Origin: an uncultured Desulfarculus sp.
GTDB taxonomy: Bacteria; Desulfobacterota; Desulfarculia; Desulfarculales; Desulfarculaceae
Length of the DNA stretch: 64,000 bases
Assembly: GCA_963665125.2 (NCBI GenBank)
Contig: CAXXUK010000001.1
Location: 2,112,001-2,176,000 of the forward strand
Direction: 5' to 3'
In this document: one piece after another, positions 51,084 through 61,621 of the stretch
Layout of the letters: every line of letters begins with the position of its first letter
How positions within the stretch are numbered: the stretch's first letter is position 1
The notes under the pieces: generated by a model
The model's database searches: none
Seen by the model: only the letters and a program-made list of their open reading frames with translations
What the model was told of the DNA's origin: nothing
Made by a program: the position numbers and the translations under genes

Positions 51084-52880
51084 CTAGCCCTTTTCCGTGG
51101 AGAGAGGAAGCTGTTTATCCATCAACCGCTGCCGCTGAAGGTGCAGACGATCCACTTCCTGGTGGTCGCCGGCCCTTTCGGCTTCGGCAATGGCCTGTTG
51201 GAGCATATTTTTTTCACGCCTCAGACGTTTGGCGCGGAGTCGATCTGCCAATAGCTCGGCCTGCTTAACAGCGTTTTCTGAGTTGAGCTTGAGTTCTTTG
51301 GCGGCCAGCCCGGCCACCAGGGAGTGGAGTTGCGGATCATCAAGATGCTGGATGACCGAAGCGGGGTCGGAGTTGCCCGAACGGTCAAGTTCGGCGGCCA
51401 CGGCCCGGCCTACCTTGGCCAGGGCCGGATCGCGAAGCGATTCCAACAGGCCGCAGTTGGCCAGATGCCTGGCCGCCTCGGGCGAGGCCAGAGCAGCCTC
51501 CAAAACCGCCCTTTCACCTTGGCCCCCCAATGGTTCGCACTTTTGCACGGTGCGAACTGGCGCGGCCTTGGGTGATGCGCCGCCCATGGGCATGCCCAGA
51601 CGGCTGGCGCACAGACGCACGGGAACCCGGAGTCTCCCAGCGAGACGTTCCAGATACCCCCAGGAGGTCACCGGGTCTTTTATGGCTTTAATGATTCCGC
51701 CGGCTTGCGCCACGATATTGCTCTTACCTTCCGGTGTGGAGCTGTCGCCCTGTTGAACAATCTCGTCCAGGCTCACCTGCACCAATGGCCGAGCAGTTTC
51801 CAAGGCGCTGTCCAGGGCCTCGGGCCCATGGGCGCGCAGGAACGAATCCGGGTCCTCGCCACGGGGCAGGAGGTGCACCAAGGGGAAAATATCCTCCCCC
51901 AGAAACACCGGCAGCGAACGTCTGGCAGCCCGGATTCCGGCTTCATCACCGTCGAACAGCAAAATGATCCGCCCCGCGCTTCCGGCCAGCATCTTTATCT
52001 GCTGGCTGGTCAGGGCCGTGCCCATGGGGGCAACTGTCTCGGCAAATCCGCCTGCGGCCAAGGTGATTACATCGAAGTAGCCTTCGACAACTATGGCGCG
52101 GTCTTTTTGGTGCATGGCCTGCCTGGCCCGCTCGATGTTGTAGAGCGCCCCGGACTTGAAGAACACCGGCGATTCGGAGCCGTTTAAATATTTCGGCTCG
52201 CCCTGGCCGATGATCCGGCCGCCAAAACTGACCACACGCCCCCGGGTGTCGCCAATGGGGAAAACCACCCGGTCTCTGAAACGGTCGTATGAACCCCGGC
52301 CCTTGTCGCTTTGCACCAGCAGACCAGACTTGATAGCCAGGTCCTCGGGAACGCCCTGTCCCAACAGGTGTCTGCGAAGCTCCTCCCAGCCTTGTGGGGC
52401 GTAGCCCAGGCTGAACTCCTCTACCGTGCCACGGCTAAGAGCGCGCTTTTCGTAGAGGTAGCGCCTGGCTTCATCCCCACGGGGACCATCCAACTGCTGA
52501 CGGAAAAATGTACCGGCAAGTTGCAGTACTCGCAACAACTTCTCTTTTTCGTCATACTCCTGACGCTGTTTTTCCGTCATTTGTTCTTCGGGAACGGCGA
52601 TGCCGTACTGGTCGGCCAGTTGGCGCACGGCCTCGGGGAAGCTCAGTCCCTGGTCCCGCATGACAAAGCTGAAGACATTGCCGCCCTCGCCGCAGCCAAA
52701 GCAATGCCAGGTGCCCCGCTCGCGGTTGACCACCATGCTGGGGTCGGTGTCGCCGTGGAACGGACACACGCCCTTGAAGGTCTTGCCCGCCTTGCGAAGC
52801 TGGACCCGGCGGCCGATCACGTCGGTGATATCGGCGGCCTGGCGCACGGCGTCGACTATGTCATCGGGGATGCGTCCCAA
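51084..52880 (-). CDS. dnaG: DNA primase
   Basis: CPFH..CFGC zinc finger, DRFRDRVVFPI, KYLNG, VEGYFD, FDGDEAG, DPD. Confidence 0.97.
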   Translation of the reverse strand: MGRIPDDIVDAVRQAADITDVIGRRVQLRKAGKTFKGVCPFHGDTDPSMVVNRERGTWHCFGCGEGGNVFSFVMRDQGLSFPEAVRQLADQYGIAVPEEQMTEKQRQEYDEKEKLLRVLQLAGTFFRQQLDGPRGDEARRYLYEKRALSRGTVEEFSLGYAPQGWEELRRHLLGQGVPEDLAIKSGLLVQSDKGRGSYDRFRDRVVFPIGDTRGRVVSFGGRIIGQGEPKYLNGSESPVFFKSGALYNIERARQAMHQKDRAIVVEGYFDVITLAAGGFAETVAPMGTALTSQQIKMLAGSAGRIILLFDGDEAGIRAARRSLPVFLGEDIFPLVHLLPRGEDPDSFLRAHGPEALDSALETARPLVQVSLDEIVQQGDSSTPEGKSNIVAQAGGIIKAIKDPVTSWGYLERLAGRLRVPVRLCASRLGMPMGGASPKAAPVRTVQKCEPLGGQGERAVLEAALASPEAARHLANCGLLESLRDPALAKVGRAVAAELDRSGNSDPASVIQHLDDPQLHSLVAGLAAKELKLNSENAVKQAELLADRLRAKRLRREKNMLQQAIAEAERAGDHQEVDRLHLQRQRLMDKQLPLSTEKG

Positions 52881-52892
52881 CAGGCTTTCGTC

Positions 52893-55328
52893 CTAGTCCC
52901 GCAGCACGGCCACCGTGGCCCCGGCCCCGCCCTGCTGGCGGCCGGCCTGGCGCACTTCGGCCACGAACGGATGGTTGCGCAAATAATCCCGCACCGCCGC
53001 CCGCAAGGCGCCGGTGCCCACTCCGTGAACGATATTTATACTGCCGCGGCCGGCCACAACGGCCTGGTCCACGGCCTTGTCCACCAGGGGCAGGGCGTCT
53101 TCCACGCGCATGCCCACCAACTTCAGGTCCAGGCCGCTGCCGGCCTCCACCTGCACCGACACACCGGATGGTTTGGGCTGCGCCGGTTTTTGGTCCGGAG
53201 CGCCGCCCAGGCTTTCGATATGGTCCAGGGGCACCATGACCCGCACCCCGGCCACGCCCACCGAAACGGCGACGACGTCGGAACCCGGCCTGGGGTCTTC
53301 CATGAGCGTGCCGGTCTGACCCAGATTCAAGGCCCGGACCTTGGCCCCGGCCTTGAGCACCACCGCCCTGTCGGCCTTGGCAGCCGCGACCGGTTCCTTG
53401 GGCGGGGCCACCACGGCCTCGACCTCGTCCAGGGCCTGACGGCGGGCCGAATACAGTTCCTGTTTGATTTTGCCCGGTTTAACGGCCTTTTCGCTCGGGC
53501 CCGGTTCGGGCACCTGCTCCAGCATCTGCTCCAGGCGTTTTTCCAGGCGGGCGGCCACATCGCGCACCCGGCGCTTGCCCTCGGCCAGGGCCCCGGCCCT
53601 TTGCTCCTTGGCCTGCCTGAGGAAAAGCCGGGCCTCCTTGCGCTCCTCACCGGCCCGGAGACGGTCCCGGCGGGCCTCGGCGCGGTGATAATCGGCCTGC
53701 TGGCGCACCCGTTCGGCGTCCTGCAACAGGGCCACGGTATGGCTCTCGCCGGTGTCCAGGTTGGCCTCGGCCGCGGCTATCACCTCATCGGGGAAGCCCA
53801 AACGGCGGCTGACGTTGATGGCGTCGCTGAACCCCGGCGAGCCGTAGTTGAGCTGATAGGTGGGCATGCCGGTGGTCTCGCTGAACGACACCGATACGTT
53901 TTCCACACCCTCAGTGGCCGCGGCATAGGCCTTGAGGCGATGAAAGTGAGTGGTTGCCAGGGCCCAGCTGCCCCGCTGGCGCAGCCAATCCAGAACGGCC
54001 ATGCCCAGGGCCGAGCCCTCGCCGGGGTCGGTGGCCGCGCCCAGTTCGTCGATGAGGGCCAAGACGCCCTTACCGGCCTTGCCGGTCATCCAGGCCAGGC
54101 GCGTGGCGTGGGCCGTGAACGTGGAAAGCTCGCGGTCGATGTCCTGATCGTCGCCGATCTCGGCCATGACCCGGCGGAACACCGGCACCCGGCTGCCCTG
54201 GTTGGCCGTCACATGCAGGCCGCACATGGCCATGAGGCAGATCAGGCCCATGGTTTTGAGCGTGACCGTCTTGCCGCCGGCGTTGGCGCCGCTGATGATC
54301 AGCACGCGGGAATTATCATCCATATGGATGTGCACCGGCACGGCGCCGCCCCGGCCCATGGCCTGACGCCAGGCCAACAGCGGATGGCGCACGCCCAGCA
54401 TATCGGCCTCCACGGCGTTGTTGAGCCGGGGCTCCTCCGCGTCGGTGCGGGCGCAGAACCGGGCTTGGGCCAACAGACAATCCAGCTTGGCCAGAGCCTC
54501 CAGGGCCTCGTACAGGGCCGTGAGGTTGCGGGCCAGGTCGGCCGCCACCTGGCGCAAGATGCGAATCTCTTCCTCGCCCTCCTGGCGGCGCAGGAGGGCC
54601 AGTTGGTTGTTGCCCTCCACGGCCTCCATGGGCTCGACAAAGCAGGTGGCCCCGGTGCCCGAGGTGTCGTGGATGATTCCGGCTATGCGGCTTTTCATTT
54701 CCGATTTGACCGGCACCACGAAACGGTCGCCGCGCTGGGTTATGACCTGGTCGCTGAAGATACCCGCCATGCCGGTTTCGTTGAACAACAGGCCCATGGT
54801 GGCCCGCAGCCTGTCCCTGGCCCGGCCCATGTCCTTGCGGATGCGGGCCAGCTCGGGCGAGGCGCTGGAGGCCACCGAGCCGCCCGGCCCGATTATCCGG
54901 CGGATGTCCTTGGCCAGTTCGGGCATGGGCATGAACGAATTACGCAAACGGAACAACTCGTCAAAGCGTTCCTCGGCCCCGTCCAGGAAAGAAGCCGCCG
55001 AACTCACCGAGCCCAGGAACACGGCCACCCGCTCCAGTTCGGGGCAGGTGAGGTAAGCGCCGTCCACGGCCAGGCGGCTGAATAGAATATCGATGTCATC
55101 CATGCCGTCCAGGGATGGGTCCTGGCTTTCGGAAAGCATGGCCCGCAGCTGGCTCAACCTGCGCTGACGGCGGCTGACCGTGGCCATGTCCGGGCAGGGC
55201 CGCAGGGCCCGCACCCGGGCCGCGCCGGGCGCACTGACGCACATCGAGGCCACCCGCTCCAGCAGGGCGGGCAGTTCCAGGGCGATCATGGTTTGTTTGT
55301 CGCAGCAGTCCGTAAGGTCACCGGACAT
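52893..55328 (-). CDS. mutS2: MutS2 (ATPase + KOW + Smr)
   Basis: SGANAGGKTVTLK, LSTFTAH, DELGAATDP, TTHF, C-terminal VHGVGTGALR...GGAGAT. Confidence 0.94.
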   Translation of the reverse strand: MSGDLTDCCDKQTMIALELPALLERVASMCVSAPGAARVRALRPCPDMATVSRRQRRLSQLRAMLSESQDPSLDGMDDIDILFSRLAVDGAYLTCPELERVAVFLGSVSSAASFLDGAEERFDELFRLRNSFMPMPELAKDIRRIIGPGGSVASSASPELARIRKDMGRARDRLRATMGLLFNETGMAGIFSDQVITQRGDRFVVPVKSEMKSRIAGIIHDTSGTGATCFVEPMEAVEGNNQLALLRRQEGEEEIRILRQVAADLARNLTALYEALEALAKLDCLLAQARFCARTDAEEPRLNNAVEADMLGVRHPLLAWRQAMGRGGAVPVHIHMDDNSRVLIISGANAGGKTVTLKTMGLICLMAMCGLHVTANQGSRVPVFRRVMAEIGDDQDIDRELSTFTAHATRLAWMTGKAGKGVLALIDELGAATDPGEGSALGMAVLDWLRQRGSWALATTHFHRLKAYAAATEGVENVSVSFSETTGMPTYQLNYGSPGFSDAINVSRRLGFPDEVIAAAEANLDTGESHTVALLQDAERVRQQADYHRAEARRDRLRAGEERKEARLFLRQAKEQRAGALAEGKRRVRDVAARLEKRLEQMLEQVPEPGPSEKAVKPGKIKQELYSARRQALDEVEAVVAPPKEPVAAAKADRAVVLKAGAKVRALNLGQTGTLMEDPRPGSDVVAVSVGVAGVRVMVPLDHIESLGGAPDQKPAQPKPSGVSVQVEAGSGLDLKLVGMRVEDALPLVDKAVDQAVVAGRGSINIVHGVGTGALRAAVRDYLRNHPFVAEVRQAGRQQGGAGATVAVLRD

Positions 55329-55420
55329 ATGGCGGCCGTGTCTCCCTCCGGCTTGGGCCGGATGATCAATGCTGTTTTGTTGAGGTGTCGTGCCTTTGAT
55401 GGCAAGTCCCCCAAAAGATA

Positions 55421-55870
55421 TCAGGAAGCGTTGATTCGCGCCTTGACCAGTTCGCTGACCAGCTTGCCATCGGCATTTCCGGCAAATTTGGCCATGGCCG
55501 CTTTCATCACCTTGCCCATGTCGCTAGGCCCCTGGGGCTGGATCTCGGCAAAGATTTCATCCAGTCCGGCCTCGATCTCGCCCCGGCCCAGCTGGGCGGG
55601 CAGATACGCCCCGATAATGGCGAGTTCGGCAAGTTCCTTGTCGGCCAGGTCCTGACGCCCGCCGTTGGTATATTGTTCGGCGGCGTCGCGACGCTGTTTG
55701 ACCAGCGACTTGAGCACGGCTATTTCTTCTTGTTCGTCCAGTTCCCGCAGTAGTTCCTTGGCCTTGCCGTTCAAGGCGGCCTTGACCAGGCGCAAACAGG
55801 ACACGGTTTCCGCGTCCCGCCGCTTCATCGCTGATTTCAGATCAGCCTCGATTTGAAGGCCCCGTCCCAT
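55421..55870 (-). CDS. GatB/YqeY domain protein
   Basis: LKSAMK, KQRRDAAEQY, YLPAQL, DMGKVMK, ADGK; ATG 55870 with GGAGG RBS. Confidence 0.92.
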   Translation of the reverse strand: MGRGLQIEADLKSAMKRRDAETVSCLRLVKAALNGKAKELLRELDEQEEIAVLKSLVKQRRDAAEQYTNGGRQDLADKELAELAIIGAYLPAQLGRGEIEAGLDEIFAEIQPQGPSDMGKVMKAAMAKFAGNADGKLVSELVKARINAS

Positions 55871-55927
55871 ATTCAGTCCTCCCACCGGAAAGGCACGGGT
55901 TCATAGAAGGGTTCCGGTCAACAAATA

Positions 55928-55956
55928 TTTCTACCGCCAGGCGCCCATTGTGTCAA
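55928..55956 (-). promoter_or_regulatory. Putative sigma70 promoter of yqeY-mutS2-dnaG-rpoD
   Basis: TTGACA-17 nt-TAGAAA on the - strand. Confidence 0.5.
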
Positions 55957-56256
55957 ACGCCGTTTTTTCACATATGCTTGCCAATTCGAGCACCGGTTTG
56001 GCAAGATGGGCGACAGCCTTTTGTCCGTTACCGGGCCACCAGGCCGCGAGTGTTGAAAAACCCAGTCAAACTCCGTATCGCGTAGAGACGGGGTCCGGCA
56101 AGGCCGGAAGGCCATCACCGCGTAATCCGATGCTGATTCGATGCGTATGACGGGAAAAAGCGGACGGCGATGGTATATTACATGGCCGTTGGTCAATGGG
56201 AAGGCAAACGGAAGTCGACAAAATAAAATCATTATGGACACCGCCCGGCGGAAAAA

Positions 56257-57387
56257 ATGACGGATCAGGCCAAGTACATCTTCAGCGATAAATATCAGCA
56301 ATTCGACATGGGGCCGGACCATCCCCTGCGGATAAAGCGCCTGGCCATGGCCGATGAGCTGATCGAAATGTGCGGACTCGGCGTCCCCGCTGTGGATGTC
56401 CATCCTGCGACAAACGACCAACTGGCCCGGTTTCACGACCGCCGCTATCTGGAAACCCTGCGGGAATTCAGCCAGGGACCGATTAGCATGCCTTTTGCCA
56501 TGTTCGGCCTGGGCTCCAAGGACAACCCAATCTTCCCCGGCCTCTACGACTGGTGCGCCCTGGCCGCCGGGGCCAGCATCCAGACGGCCAGAGAGATACT
56601 CGACGGCGCGCCCAGGGCCTTTTCCCCGGCCGGTGGCATGCATCACGCCATGGCCGCCAGGGCCTCGGGTTTTTGTTATATCAACGACATCAACCTGGCC
56701 ATCATGGAGCTGACAAGCCGGGGCAAGCGGGTGGCCTACATAGACCTGGACGCCCACCACGGCGACGGCGTGCAGTGGGCGTTCTTCGGCTCCAGCCAGG
56801 TGTTGACCATCAGCCTGCACCAGCACCCGGAGACGCTTTTTCCCGGTTCGGGCGTGCTGGAGGAAATCGGCCGGGACGACGGGGTTGGCTGCAATGTCAA
56901 CATACCCCTGTGGCCCCACACCGACGATGACCTCTACATCCGCTGCTTCGAGGAGCTTGTCCCGCCCCTGGTCCAGGCCTTTGACCCGGATGTAGTCGTC
57001 AGCCAGATCGGCGTCGACGCCCTGCTGGACGATCCCCTGGCCAACCTGAACCTGACCACCGCTTCCCTGATGCGCTGTTTACAGACAGTGCGGGGCCTGG
57101 CCGGAGACGCCTGGGTGGCACTGGGCGGCGGCGGTTATCATCTGGCCAACGTGGCCCGGGGCTGGACCATGGCCTGGGCCGTGATCCAGGGCCGCGAGGA
57201 TGAACTGCCCGAGAGGATGCCCGATGAATTCATCAAACGCCACGGCCTGCCCCGAGACCAACACGATCTGCTGGACCCGCCGGGCAGCCTGCGTGGCCGT
57301 TACTACCCACGGGCCGTCGAAGAGGCCCGCGCCTCCATGGACTGGGTCAAGCGTCAGGTCTTTCCCCTGCACGGAATCAGGGCTTAA
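56257..57387 (+). CDS. acuC: AcuC / class I histone-deacetylase-family protein
   Basis: HPLRIKR, GGMHHA, ASGFCYIND, YIDLDAHHGDGV, DPL, LGGGGY. Confidence 0.88.
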   Translation: MTDQAKYIFSDKYQQFDMGPDHPLRIKRLAMADELIEMCGLGVPAVDVHPATNDQLARFHDRRYLETLREFSQGPISMPFAMFGLGSKDNPIFPGLYDWCALAAGASIQTAREILDGAPRAFSPAGGMHHAMAARASGFCYINDINLAIMELTSRGKRVAYIDLDAHHGDGVQWAFFGSSQVLTISLHQHPETLFPGSGVLEEIGRDDGVGCNVNIPLWPHTDDDLYIRCFEELVPPLVQAFDPDVVVSQIGVDALLDDPLANLNLTTASLMRCLQTVRGLAGDAWVALGGGGYHLANVARGWTMAWAVIQGREDELPERMPDEFIKRHGLPRDQHDLLDPPGSLRGRYYPRAVEEARASMDWVKRQVFPLHGIRA

Positions 57388-57432
57388 CACCACTTGCGCG
57401 GCACCGCGACGCGGTGTAACCTGCTGCCAATC

Positions 57433-57852
57433 ATGACTGAACAAACTCAAGAAAAAAACATGGTCAAGGCGTTTGACTGCCTGCGGTGCAACAAATGCTG
57501 CACCGGCGAAGGCGCGGCATGGTTCGAGGAACATGAGTTGGCCGCCGCCGCCGAACTGCTCTCGCTGACAGTGGAGGAGTTCGTGGGCCGGTATTGCAGG
57601 TATAAAAACGAAAAATATGAAATCATATGCAATGAAGATGGCGTATGTTCCGTTCTGGGGCCCCAAGGCTGCCTGATCCACCAGGCCAAGCCGCGAATCT
57701 GCCGGGCGTGGCCGTTTCTGGACGCCATGCTCACCCGCGAGTCGGCCTTTGAAGAAGCCAAGCTCGTCTGCCCCGGCATCAACCCCGACGCCACTCATAA
57801 GCAGTTTCTGGCCCAATACGAGGCTGAAAAATCCACTTATAAAAAGGACTGA
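57433..57852 (+). CDS. YkgJ/FliB-like CxxCxxCC cysteine-cluster protein
   Basis: FDCLRCNKCC, CLIHQAKPRICRAWPF, CPG; start uncertain (57433 or 57460). Confidence 0.85.
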   Translation: MTEQTQEKNMVKAFDCLRCNKCCTGEGAAWFEEHELAAAAELLSLTVEEFVGRYCRYKNEKYEIICNEDGVCSVLGPQGCLIHQAKPRICRAWPFLDAMLTRESAFEEAKLVCPGINPDATHKQFLAQYEAEKSTYKKD

Positions 57853-57855
57853 GCC

Positions 57856-59076
57856 ATGAGCGATATCCTCGGCAACCTGCCCCAGGGGGCCCAGCCCATC
57901 ACCAAAGACAAAAACGGCAAACTGATCGTGCCCAACACCCCGGCCGTGGGCTTTATCGAAGGCGACGGCATCGGCCCCGACATCTGGAAGGCATCCCGCA
58001 CCGTGTTGGACGCCGCCGTGCAAAAGGCCTATGGCGACACCAAGAAAATCGCCTGGGTCGAGCTTCTGGCCGGTGAAAAGGCCTATGAGCAGACCGGCGA
58101 ATATCTGCCCCAAAGCACCATCGACGGCATAGCCGACCTCAAGGTGGCCATCAAAGGCCCCCTGACCACCCCGGTGGGCGGCGGCTTCCGTTCCCTGAAC
58201 GTGACCCTGCGCCAGGTCCTGGACCTCTACGCCTGCATCCGCCCGGTGCGCTACATCCCCGGCGTGCCCAGCCCGGTCAAGCGGCCCGAGGCCGTGGACA
58301 TGGTCATTTACCGTGAAAACACCGAGGACGTGTACGCGGGCATCGAGTGGGCCTCTGGCACCGCCGAGGCCAAGCGCGTCATCGAATTCCTGGTAGACCA
58401 GATGGGCGTCAAGATCGACCCGGATTCGGGCATCGGCATCAAGCCCATGAGCCCCAAGGGGACCAAGCGCCTGGTGGCCATGGCCATGGACTACGCCATC
58501 GCTCTGGGCCGCAAGAGCGTGACTCTTGTGCACAAGGGCAATATCATGAAATTCACCGAGGGCGCATTCCGGGACTGGGGCTATGAACTGGCCGCCGAAA
58601 AATACGCCGACACCTTTGCCAAAGAGGGAGAGGACGCCCCCGGCAAACTGGTGATCAAAGACCGCATTGCCGACGCCATGTTCCAGCAGGTGTTGCTGCG
58701 GCCCGATGAATACGACGTGCTGGCCATGCCCAACCTCAACGGCGACTACCTCAGCGACGCCCTGGCGGCCCAGGTCGGCGGCCTGGGCATGGCTCCCGGA
58801 GCCAATGTCGGCGATATCGCCGCCCTGTTCGAGGCCACCCACGGCACCGCGCCCAAATACGCGGGCCTGGACAAGGTCAACCCCGGTTCGTTGATCCTCT
58901 CCGGCGTGATGATGCTGGAGCATATGGGCTGGCTGGAAGCGGCCAAACTGATTCCCGGCGCCGTGAGTAAGGCCGTGCAAGACGGCCAGGTCACCTATGA
59001 CCTTGCCCGGCAGATCAGCGGGGCCAGCGAGCTTAGCTGTTCGGGCTTTGCCGCTGCCGTGGCCGAGCGGCTTTAG
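57856..59076 (+). CDS. icd: Isocitrate dehydrogenase (homodimeric, NADP-type)
   Basis: [52 protein letters not shown]. Confidence 0.97.
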   Translation: MSDILGNLPQGAQPITKDKNGKLIVPNTPAVGFIEGDGIGPDIWKASRTVLDAAVQKAYGDTKKIAWVELLAGEKAYEQTGEYLPQSTIDGIADLKVAIKGPLTTPVGGGFRSLNVTLRQVLDLYACIRPVRYIPGVPSPVKRPEAVDMVIYRENTEDVYAGIEWASGTAEAKRVIEFLVDQMGVKIDPDSGIGIKPMSPKGTKRLVAMAMDYAIALGRKSVTLVHKGNIMKFTEGAFRDWGYELAAEKYADTFAKEGEDAPGKLVIKDRIADAMFQQVLLRPDEYDVLAMPNLNGDYLSDALAAQVGGLGMAPGANVGDIAALFEATHGTAPKYAGLDKVNPGSLILSGVMMLEHMGWLEAAKLIPGAVSKAVQDGQVTYDLARQISGASELSCSGFAAAVAERL

Positions 59077-59079
59077 GCC

Positions 59080-59772
59080 ATGGCTGCCGAAGCGGCGGCG
59101 CTTTTCAGGGCAGTGGCCGACCTGGCCTTCCCGCCGGTCTGCCCGGTCTGCGGCGCCGCCGTAAAGGACGGCAACAACTTTTGCGAAGACTGCCTGGAGC
59201 AGATCGAGCCGCCCCCGGTTGGCGACGCCCTCATCGACCACGGCGGAGGACTGGCCTTTAGCGGCGCGGCCTGCCTGGCGGCCCACGGCGGCCCGGTGGC
59301 CCAGTGCGTGCGGGCCCTGAAATACCGCCGGGACTGGGCCGCGGGCACGGCCCTGGCCGGCCTGCCCCGCATTGGCAGGCCCCAGGATTTCCTGGACTGG
59401 GCCGAGATCATCTGTCCGGTGCCCCTGCATGGCCGGCGTCTGGTAAGGCGGGGCTTCAACCAGGCCGCCTGGCTGGCCAAACGCCTGGGCCCCGGCAAGT
59501 TGCAGCTGCGGCTATTGCGGCGCATCCGGCGCACCGAGCCCCAGGTCGGGCTGGGTCCGGACCAGCGCCGCAGCAACGTGGCCGGGGCCTTTGCCGTGGA
59601 CCTGCGGCGCGCCGAGTTGGCCAGGGGCCGCCAGGTGCTGATCATCGACGACGTGCTGACCACCGGCTCGACCCTGCACGAATGCGCCTCGGCCCTGCGC
59701 GTGGCCGGGGCCGCCGATGTCCGGGTGCTGACAATCTCCCGGGCCAAGGGGAACGCTGATTATGAGCAATAG
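59080..59772 (+). CDS. comF: ComF-family protein (zinc ribbon + PRTase)
   Basis: [31 protein letters not shown]. Confidence 0.9.
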   Translation: MAAEAAALFRAVADLAFPPVCPVCGAAVKDGNNFCEDCLEQIEPPPVGDALIDHGGGLAFSGAACLAAHGGPVAQCVRALKYRRDWAAGTALAGLPRIGRPQDFLDWAEIICPVPLHGRRLVRRGFNQAAWLAKRLGPGKLQLRLLRRIRRTEPQVGLGPDQRRSNVAGAFAVDLRRAELARGRQVLIIDDVLTTGSTLHECASALRVAGAADVRVLTISRAKGNADYEQ

Positions 59773-60280
59773 CTTTGACTCCCGGCGCAAGATCATGACC
59801 TGGGACCGGGCCGCAGATGCGGCCAAGGCCGTGCGCCAAGGCGGCGGCAAGGTGGTGTTCACCAACGGCTGCTTCGACCTGTTGCACGCCGGGCATGTGC
59901 GCTATCTGGGCCAGGCCCGCGAACTGGGCGACATGCTGGTCCTGGGGCTAAATTCCGACGCCAGCGTGCGCTCCCTTGGCAAGGGCGGCGACAGACCCAT
60001 CGTGCCCCAGGCGCAGCGGGCCGAGGTGGCCGCGGCCCTGGCGGCGGTTGACGCGGTGGTTATATTCGACGAATCCACCCCGGCCGAGCTCATCGAGGCA
60101 ATCGCCCCGGACATCCTGGTCAAGGGCGGCGACTGGCCCGTGGATCAAATCGTGGGTGCGGACTTTGTCCAAGGCCGCGGCGGCCGGGTCCTGTCCATTC
60201 CCCTGGTGGAGGGCCTGTCCACCACCGATATCGCCGCGCGCATCCGAAAAAGCGTTTCCGGCTCAGCCGATCAATGTTAA
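59762..60280 (+). CDS. rfaE2: D-glycero-beta-D-manno-heptose 1-phosphate adenylyltransferase
   Basis: [35 protein letters not shown]. Confidence 0.94.
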   Translation: MSNSFDSRRKIMTWDRAADAAKAVRQGGGKVVFTNGCFDLLHAGHVRYLGQARELGDMLVLGLNSDASVRSLGKGGDRPIVPQAQRAEVAAALAAVDAVVIFDESTPAELIEAIAPDILVKGGDWPVDQIVGADFVQGRGGRVLSIPLVEGLSTTDIAARIRKSVSGSADQC

Positions 60281-60340
60281 AACCAAGATTAAAGATCACA
60301 AGCCGGACAAATATCTAAAAAACAAACAGGGCGGGGAAAA

Positions 60341-61366
60341 ATGACTAAAAACAAAGACAACTCCGACAAGTGGAGCATCCTGAGCCTGTTCAATCCCTTC
60401 AAGGCGGAATCATCCATTGCCGGGCGTATAGGCAGGAGCGTAATGCTTTTGATCCTGCTGTATTTTCTGGCCGCGCCTTTTGTCTGCATCTATGAATACA
60501 ACCGGGCGTTCAAGGACTTTTTCAACCCCGTGCCCACCGACGCCAAGCAGAACCCGCCCAAACCGGGCGTGGTCTACTCCGGCGCGCTGATCACCATGGG
60601 CGACCAGATGCTCGATGCCTGGCTGCCCAATGACGTACTGTATCAGGCGGTCCTTTTAGACAACCCCCAGAACTGGCAGTTGGGCGTTTTGGAGGTGATG
60701 CGCTACTCCACCCGGGTCTTGCGCGACGATCTTTCGCGCCAGCGTACAACCGACAAGATAGACCCCAATTGCGAGGAGGCCTTCACGGCCTTCAGCAACA
60801 ACCCGATGCTCTGGATGTTTCCGGCCGCCGAGGCCAAATTCTCCAGCGGCGTCAAGGCCCTGCAAAAATACAAGCTGGGCCTGGAATCCGGCAAAAGCAG
60901 CTTTTACCCGCGCACCGACAACCTCATAGTGCTGACCGATCAATTCGCCAGCCTGCTGGGCGGTGAGAGCACCAAGCTGGCCAACGCCCCCAGAGACCGT
61001 GCCGAGCGCACCAGCGCCGAGACGGCCGGAGATCCCAACCTGGAAGAGAAGCCCCAAAAGACCTTTACCGAGGTGCCCTGGCTGGATATCGACGACAATT
61101 TCTATCATGCCCAGGGCGTGGCCTATGCCATGCGCCAGATGCTCATGGCCGCCCGCTGGGAATTCCGGGACGTCATCGAGATCAAACGTTCGGGCGCACT
61201 GTTGGATTCGGTCATCGACGAGCTTGAACTGGCCCAGTTCGAGCCCTGGATGGTCCTCAACGGCTCCAGGGACTCGATGTTCGCCAACCACAGTCTTACC
61301 TTGATGGCCACCCTGCAGGACGCCAGGCAAAAACTGCGCAGTTTTGCCGAAACCATGCGCAACTAA
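60341..61366 (+). CDS. DUF2333-like membrane-anchored protein
   Basis: WLPND, DNPQNWQLGVLE, LSRQR, WMFP.AE, IDDNFYHAQG, FANHSL. Confidence 0.75.
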   Translation: MTKNKDNSDKWSILSLFNPFKAESSIAGRIGRSVMLLILLYFLAAPFVCIYEYNRAFKDFFNPVPTDAKQNPPKPGVVYSGALITMGDQMLDAWLPNDVLYQAVLLDNPQNWQLGVLEVMRYSTRVLRDDLSRQRTTDKIDPNCEEAFTAFSNNPMLWMFPAAEAKFSSGVKALQKYKLGLESGKSSFYPRTDNLIVLTDQFASLLGGESTKLANAPRDRAERTSAETAGDPNLEEKPQKTFTEVPWLDIDDNFYHAQGVAYAMRQMLMAARWEFRDVIEIKRSGALLDSVIDELELAQFEPWMVLNGSRDSMFANHSLTLMATLQDARQKLRSFAETMRN

Positions 61367-61395
61367 GCTGGCATGAACTTAACGGATTAGCGGCT

Positions 61396-61602
61396 ATGAC
61401 CACAACAAAGGGAAAATGCGAAGGCTGCCTGTTCTGCGAGGAACTCAGCGAGGGCACCGTGCGCTGCACCAATGCCGACTTGGCCGATGAGGCCGGCTGG
61501 GTCGACACCTATTGGCAGCTTGGCTATTTGGAATTCGACGAACCGGTGGACCCGCCGTGTTTCTGGTTCGTGCCCAAGGAAAAGGGCTTGTCGCTGTATT
61601 AG
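61396..61602 (+). CDS. Small cysteine-rich hypothetical protein (68 aa)
   Basis: CxxCxxC...C...C; fills the gap between the DUF2333 gene and nrpR with host-like codon use. Confidence 0.6.
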   Translation: MTTTKGKCEGCLFCEELSEGTVRCTNADLADEAGWVDTYWQLGYLEFDEPVDPPCFWFVPKEKGLSLY

Positions 61603-61621
61603 CCGGCCTTGATGGTACGGT

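Noticed and set aside
52311..55085. 924-aa + strand ORF and other long antisense ORFs (1825-3510, 26557-28278, 30716-32515, 40205-41785, 57079-59430)
   Set aside because: They lie opposite well-supported genes, have no recognisable motifs and show the G/H/Q/V-rich composition typical of antisense shadow ORFs in high-GC DNA
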